A program made the position numbers and the translations under genes. Below are positions 15,440-19,021 of a stretch of DNA of 19,021 bases, one piece after another. This stretch comes from a candidate division WOR-3 bacterium (GTDB lineage Bacteria; Hydrothermota; Tepidihabitantia; Tepidihabitantales; Tepidihabitantaceae): positions 1 through 19,021 of the forward strand of contig CBFGJV010000031.1 of NCBI GenBank assembly GCA_965649205.1, in the 5' to 3' direction. Every line of letters starts with the position of its first letter. Within the stretch, counting starts at the first letter, position 1. The notes below the pieces were generated by a model, which saw nothing but the letters and a program-made list of their open reading frames with translations, searched no databases and was not told where the DNA came from.

Positions 15440-16389
15440 CTCAATTCACCGTCTGCATCCTCAAACCCCGAGGGCCGTTCCATGCCGGTGAACGCGAAGG
15501 GATGCGCGAAGGCTCAGAGATGTTCATCCACTCCGACACGCTCTTCTCTGCCTTCTGTCACAGTTTTCTGCTACTCTACGGCAAGCCCGAGCTGGAGCGT
15601 CTCCTATCCGCACTGCAAACCGAAGACCGGGAACGCCTGCCGGTGGTTTTCAGCTCGGCGTTTCCCTATTACGGCGGCAAGTTCTACTTCCCGGTACCCC
15701 GCAGCTTCATCCCCCGCAACAAGGATGACAAGCGCGTCCGCTTTGTCGAGCAGCCTGTTTTTGAGGCATTACTCGCCGGCAAGCTGCCAGAAGGCAATCT
15801 TCCCGGTGGACTTCCCGATACCGTCGCAAGAATCGAGGACGTGCCAAAGGTGACAATCTCGCGCTTCAGCGGCACTGCGCAGGAAGACGGCGGCTTCTAC
15901 CACGTAGGGTTCACTTATCTGGCGCAGGATGCCGCTCTCTTCTTCCTGATGCGGGTTACCGACGACTGGCGCAACAAGGTTGAAGCGGCCATCCGCCTCG
16001 CCTGCGACGAGGGCATCGGCGGGTACCGCTCCATCGGCAAGGGCCAGTTTGAACAGCCGGAAATGCGGGAAATATCCCTGCACTCGGAAGGTGAAGCCAG
16101 TGTAATGCTCTCGCTCTACTACCCGGCCGAAACTGAAACTGCCGGGCTTAACCGCGGCTGGTACGAACTCATTTGGCGCAAGGGCTATGTGTATTCGCCC
16201 GAAACGCGCAGCCTGCGCCGCAAGACAGTAACGATGTTTGCCGAAGGCTCTGTCTTTCCCGGCAACAACCGCCGGGGAAAACTGGTTGACGTTACTCCCG
16301 AAAACGCCGCTAACCTTGGCCTGTCGCACCGCATCTATCGCTCCGGCCTTGCCTTCCTGTTGCCCTGCAAAGGAGGCAAAGATGTCTGA
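15436..16389 (+). CDS. csm4: Type III-A RAMP Csm4
   Basis: FHAG, IHSDTLFSA, SSAFPY, GIGGYRSIGKGQF and MFAEGSVF; ATGA overlap with csm3. Confidence 0.95.
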   Translation: MTQFTVCILKPRGPFHAGEREGMREGSEMFIHSDTLFSAFCHSFLLLYGKPELERLLSALQTEDRERLPVVFSSAFPYYGGKFYFPVPRSFIPRNKDDKRVRFVEQPVFEALLAGKLPEGNLPGGLPDTVARIEDVPKVTISRFSGTAQEDGGFYHVGFTYLAQDAALFFLMRVTDDWRNKVEAAIRLACDEGIGGYRSIGKGQFEQPEMREISLHSEGEASVMLSLYYPAETETAGLNRGWYELIWRKGYVYSPETRSLRRKTVTMFAEGSVFPGNNRRGKLVDVTPENAANLGLSHRIYRSGLAFLLPCKGGKDV

Positions 16390-17374
16390 AACAGTTACCG
16401 TCAAACTGAAAATTCTTTCGCCCCTGCACATCGGCTCCGGCGAAGAAGCAAGTCCGCTCGACTACTACATAGACGGCAACAGCTTCTGCCGCCTAAATAT
16501 GGACTCCCTGTTTGCCGACTCCGGGTTCACGCGCGAGATGCAGGATAAGTTCATTCAGGCGGCCAAAACCCAGCGCTACATCGGAACTCAACTTCCCCGC
16601 GACCTGCTCCTGCGCCATGTTGCCTATCGCCTTCCCATTAGCGGCAAGGCCCGCCAACTGCTGGCTGGAAACAGCGAAGCCGGCAAAACTGTAGTAAACA
16701 CCTTCATCAAATCCGCTGGACGGGTGTATCTTCCCGGCAGCTCTGTCAAAGGAGCGATACTGTCTGCCTTGTGCTGGCGCATTCTTCTGGACGGCTGGAA
16801 CTCAGGCAAGCCAGCGGCAAAAGAGGATATACAAAACCTGCTTACCCGCGGTGCTACGCGGAACAGAGAGCTACTGCTCGACGTAGTGCTCTCCCGCCTT
16901 GGTGGGAGGGGGCGCGGAGCGTTCACCCACTGGCTGGATGTGACCGACTCCGGTTTCTCTCTCCCCGCGGAATGTCTGGAAATCTCGCTTGCCCGGGTGC
17001 AGGATGCGCGCGGCCGCGGCGCAATTCTGATACTGTATGAAACCCTCAGACCCGGGGCCGAATTCACGCTCTCGCTCAAACTGGACTCAGGCTCAAGGCA
17101 GAGCCCGGACAGTTTGCTTACCACGGTCAACGACTTCTACCAGCGCGTATTCAAAGCCGACGAGCCGCAGGGCAGACCTCCGGCCTCATCCGGTCTCATC
17201 CGGCTGGGCCAAGGCTCTGGCGCCTACGCCACCTCGATGCTCATACTTGCGGCCGACACCGGACTCAACCGTAGCCAGCAAGGCTACCGCGTAAAACCGC
17301 CCCGCACGCGCAAACGCATAGACGATGTATTTGCCATGGGCTGGGCGCAGATAAGTATGGAAAGCAGAGAGTAA
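16382..17374 (+). CDS. csm5: Type III-A RAMP Csm5
   Basis: LSPLHIGSG, YLPGSSVKGAI, RLGQGSG, PRTRK and MGW. Start moved from 16238 to ATG 16382, which follows the RBS AGGAGG. Confidence 0.93.
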   Translation: MSETVTVKLKILSPLHIGSGEEASPLDYYIDGNSFCRLNMDSLFADSGFTREMQDKFIQAAKTQRYIGTQLPRDLLLRHVAYRLPISGKARQLLAGNSEAGKTVVNTFIKSAGRVYLPGSSVKGAILSALCWRILLDGWNSGKPAAKEDIQNLLTRGATRNRELLLDVVLSRLGGRGRGAFTHWLDVTDSGFSLPAECLEISLARVQDARGRGAILILYETLRPGAEFTLSLKLDSGSRQSPDSLLTTVNDFYQRVFKADEPQGRPPASSGLIRLGQGSGAYATSMLILAADTGLNRSQQGYRVKPPRTRKRIDDVFAMGWAQISMESRE

Positions 17375-17393
17375 AGGAAAGGGGGAGAGGGAT

Positions 17394-18632
17394 ATGAATA
17401 CAAAGACCGCATTTGTGGCAACGGTGGGAATGGGGACTGGACCGGAAGCCGACATAACCAAGCCGCTCATCAAGTCCATAGAGGAGGCAAATCCCGACTT
17501 CCTTCTGTTATTTGCCTCGCCGGCATCCGAATCCAATGCCAGAACAATCGTGAACGAGTTACACCGTGATGCTACTAATAGCAGGGTCCACCGTTTAACG
17601 GCTTCCGAGTTCGATGTCGAAGCCCTGTTCAAAGAGATGCTCGACCAGCTGACGATTCTGGAGCAATCTGGCTACGAACCGGGACGTACGACAGCCGACT
17701 TCACGACCGGAACAAAGCCTATGTCCGCAGCGCTCGCCCTTGCCGCGTGCAACAGGTCGCTTGGACGGCTGAAGTATATCTCTGTGAAACGCAACGAACA
17801 GAAACAGGTCTGTGAAGGAAGCGAGCGGACTTTGACCTTTGAGCCAACGGGCATGCTTGCATCCGCCACACTGCGCACTGCTTTGGATATGATGAAAGCC
17901 TACCGCTTCGATGCGGTGCGGCAACTTCTGGAGCCACTGCCGGACTATCTGCTAAGCGAAGCCGAAAAGGCCACACGCACCTGCCTGCTCCATCTGGCTG
18001 AAGCCTATTCCCAATGGGATATGTTTCAACACATCCGATTCAAGGCGACTTATGACAAAGCGCGCCTCAATGAAGCGTCGAACGTCGCCGAATTCAAAGC
18101 GCAGCCCGAAACAGTCTCGGCGGTGATGGAACTGGGCCAAAAGATGTCCAAGGGCCAACTCAGCGACCTGGCGGTAATAGACCTCATCAACAATGCGCGA
18201 CGCCGCCTCGAAGAAGGCAAGTATGACGACGCCGTTGCCCGGTTGTATCGTGCCTGTGAAATGCTGGCTCAGTGGCAACTGGCAAAGAATGGGTTAGCCA
18301 CCGCAGACATTGACCTTTCCAAAGTTCCCAAGAAAAGCGTGGATTGGCTTGGCAACTGCCGAGGAGCCGAAAAGAAAATCCAAATCGGGCTCTATCGCTC
18401 CTATCAACTGCTGGCGGAAATGGAGGACGAGGTAGGTAAACAGTTCCTGGCCGACAAAGAACTGCAAGCCGTACTCAACAACAGAAATGTCTCTATTCTG
18501 GCGCATGGCACAAACCCAATCAGGGATACTGCTGCAGCCGACTTGCTCAGCCGTATCGAAGCACTGGCAAAGAACGTGATTGACGATTACAACACTAAGT
18601 CTGCACTGCTCCGGTTTCCGTGGAGTCGGTAG
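17394..18632 (+). CDS. csm6: TIGR02710 / Csm6-like CARF-HEPN ancillary ribonuclease
   Basis: CARF motifs ATVGMG and DFTTGTKPMSAAL, YDDAVARLYRACEMLAQ, and HEPN RNVSILAHG (R-X6-H, as in Thermus thermophilus Csm6). Confidence 0.85.
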   Translation: MNTKTAFVATVGMGTGPEADITKPLIKSIEEANPDFLLLFASPASESNARTIVNELHRDATNSRVHRLTASEFDVEALFKEMLDQLTILEQSGYEPGRTTADFTTGTKPMSAALALAACNRSLGRLKYISVKRNEQKQVCEGSERTLTFEPTGMLASATLRTALDMMKAYRFDAVRQLLEPLPDYLLSEAEKATRTCLLHLAEAYSQWDMFQHIRFKATYDKARLNEASNVAEFKAQPETVSAVMELGQKMSKGQLSDLAVIDLINNARRRLEEGKYDDAVARLYRACEMLAQWQLAKNGLATADIDLSKVPKKSVDWLGNCRGAEKKIQIGLYRSYQLLAEMEDEVGKQFLADKELQAVLNNRNVSILAHGTNPIRDTAAADLLSRIEALAKNVIDDYNTKSALLRFPWSR

Positions 18633-18691
18633 CCGGCCGCTCTTTAGACAATTTGGAGTGCTTTTCTGCTGCGTACTCACTACTCACTGCA

Positions 18692-18769
18692 AGGGAGTGG
18701 CCGGAGAGGGAGTAGCCGGAAAGGGAGTAGGCAGAAAGGGGATGACCGGAAAGCCGGAGGGGTGACCGA
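18692..18769 (+). repeat. Degenerate 15-bp purine-rich tandem repeat (4 copies plus a partial copy)
   Basis: AGGGAGTGGCCGGAG / AGGGAGTAGCCGGAA / AGGGAGTAGGCAGAA / AGGGGATGACCGGAA, then AGCCGG and AGGGGTGACCGA. Confidence 0.85.
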
Positions 18770-18829
18770 CGAGCCAGCCGTTGAACTGCTCTCTACCATC
18801 TGCTCCCTACTACCTGTCTCCTCAGCAAT

Positions 18830-19021
18830 ATGGCTACACTATACGTGACTGAACAGGGTGCAAAACTCACCCGTGAATCGCGACGGCTTTTGGTCGTGCG
18901 CGACGATCAGGTTCTGCTTGACATACCAACCATCAAGGTTGAACGGGTGCTCATCTTCGGCTACTGTCAGATTACCACGCAGGCACTCGAACTACTGCTG
19001 TCCGAAGGTATCCCGACTGCA
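18830..19021 (+). CDS. cas1: CRISPR-associated integrase Cas1, N-terminal 64 codons, cut by the window end
   Basis: Manual translation MATLYVTEQGAKLTRESRRLLVVRDDQVLLDIPTIKVERVLIFGYCQITTQALELLLSEGIPTA matches the Cas1 N-terminus; absent from the ORF track. Confidence 0.92.
   Translation, partial: MATLYVTEQGAKLTRESRRLLVVRDDQVLLDIPTIKVERVLIFGYCQITTQALELLLSEGIPTA

Noticed and set aside
16238..16381. N-terminal extension of csm5
   Set aside because: It lies inside csm4; a good RBS precedes ATG 16382.
18580..18765. 61-aa ORF with GVAG(E/K) repeats
   Set aside because: It overlaps the csm6 end, has no RBS, and its periodicity just reflects the 15-bp DNA repeat; it cannot be fully excluded.
18692..18769. 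The tandem repeat as a CRISPR array
   Set aside because: Units are 15 bp, degenerate and directly adjacent, with no unique spacers.

Overview
Bacterial chromosomal window with three blocks. (1) 1-5352, + strand: the 3' part of a probable secreted protein with a terminator, a flxDCBA-type (Hdr-associated flavin oxidoreductase) operon with its own promoter and no hdrABC in front of it, and a PilT ATPase. (2) 5374-10549, - strand: a DUF559/Vsr-like nuclease fused to a probable PUA/EVE-like domain, then valS, a MotB/OmpA-domain protein, a DUF5683-like membrane protein and a catalytically degenerate class II glutamine-amidotransferase-like protein. (3) 11063-19021, + strand: a type III-A CRISPR-Cas operon (cas6, cas10, csm2-5, a TIGR02710/Csm6-like CARF-HEPN effector, and the start of cas1, which the ORF track missed). 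No CRISPR array lies in the window. Most notable: the reader-nuclease fusion divergent from cas6, ValRS with RMSRS instead of KMSKS, four near-consensus promoters all with 16-bp spacers (two leaderless or nearly so), FlxC lacking one Fe-S ligand set, and a G-rich tandem repeat before cas1. All family calls come from motif recognition by eye; no searches were run.
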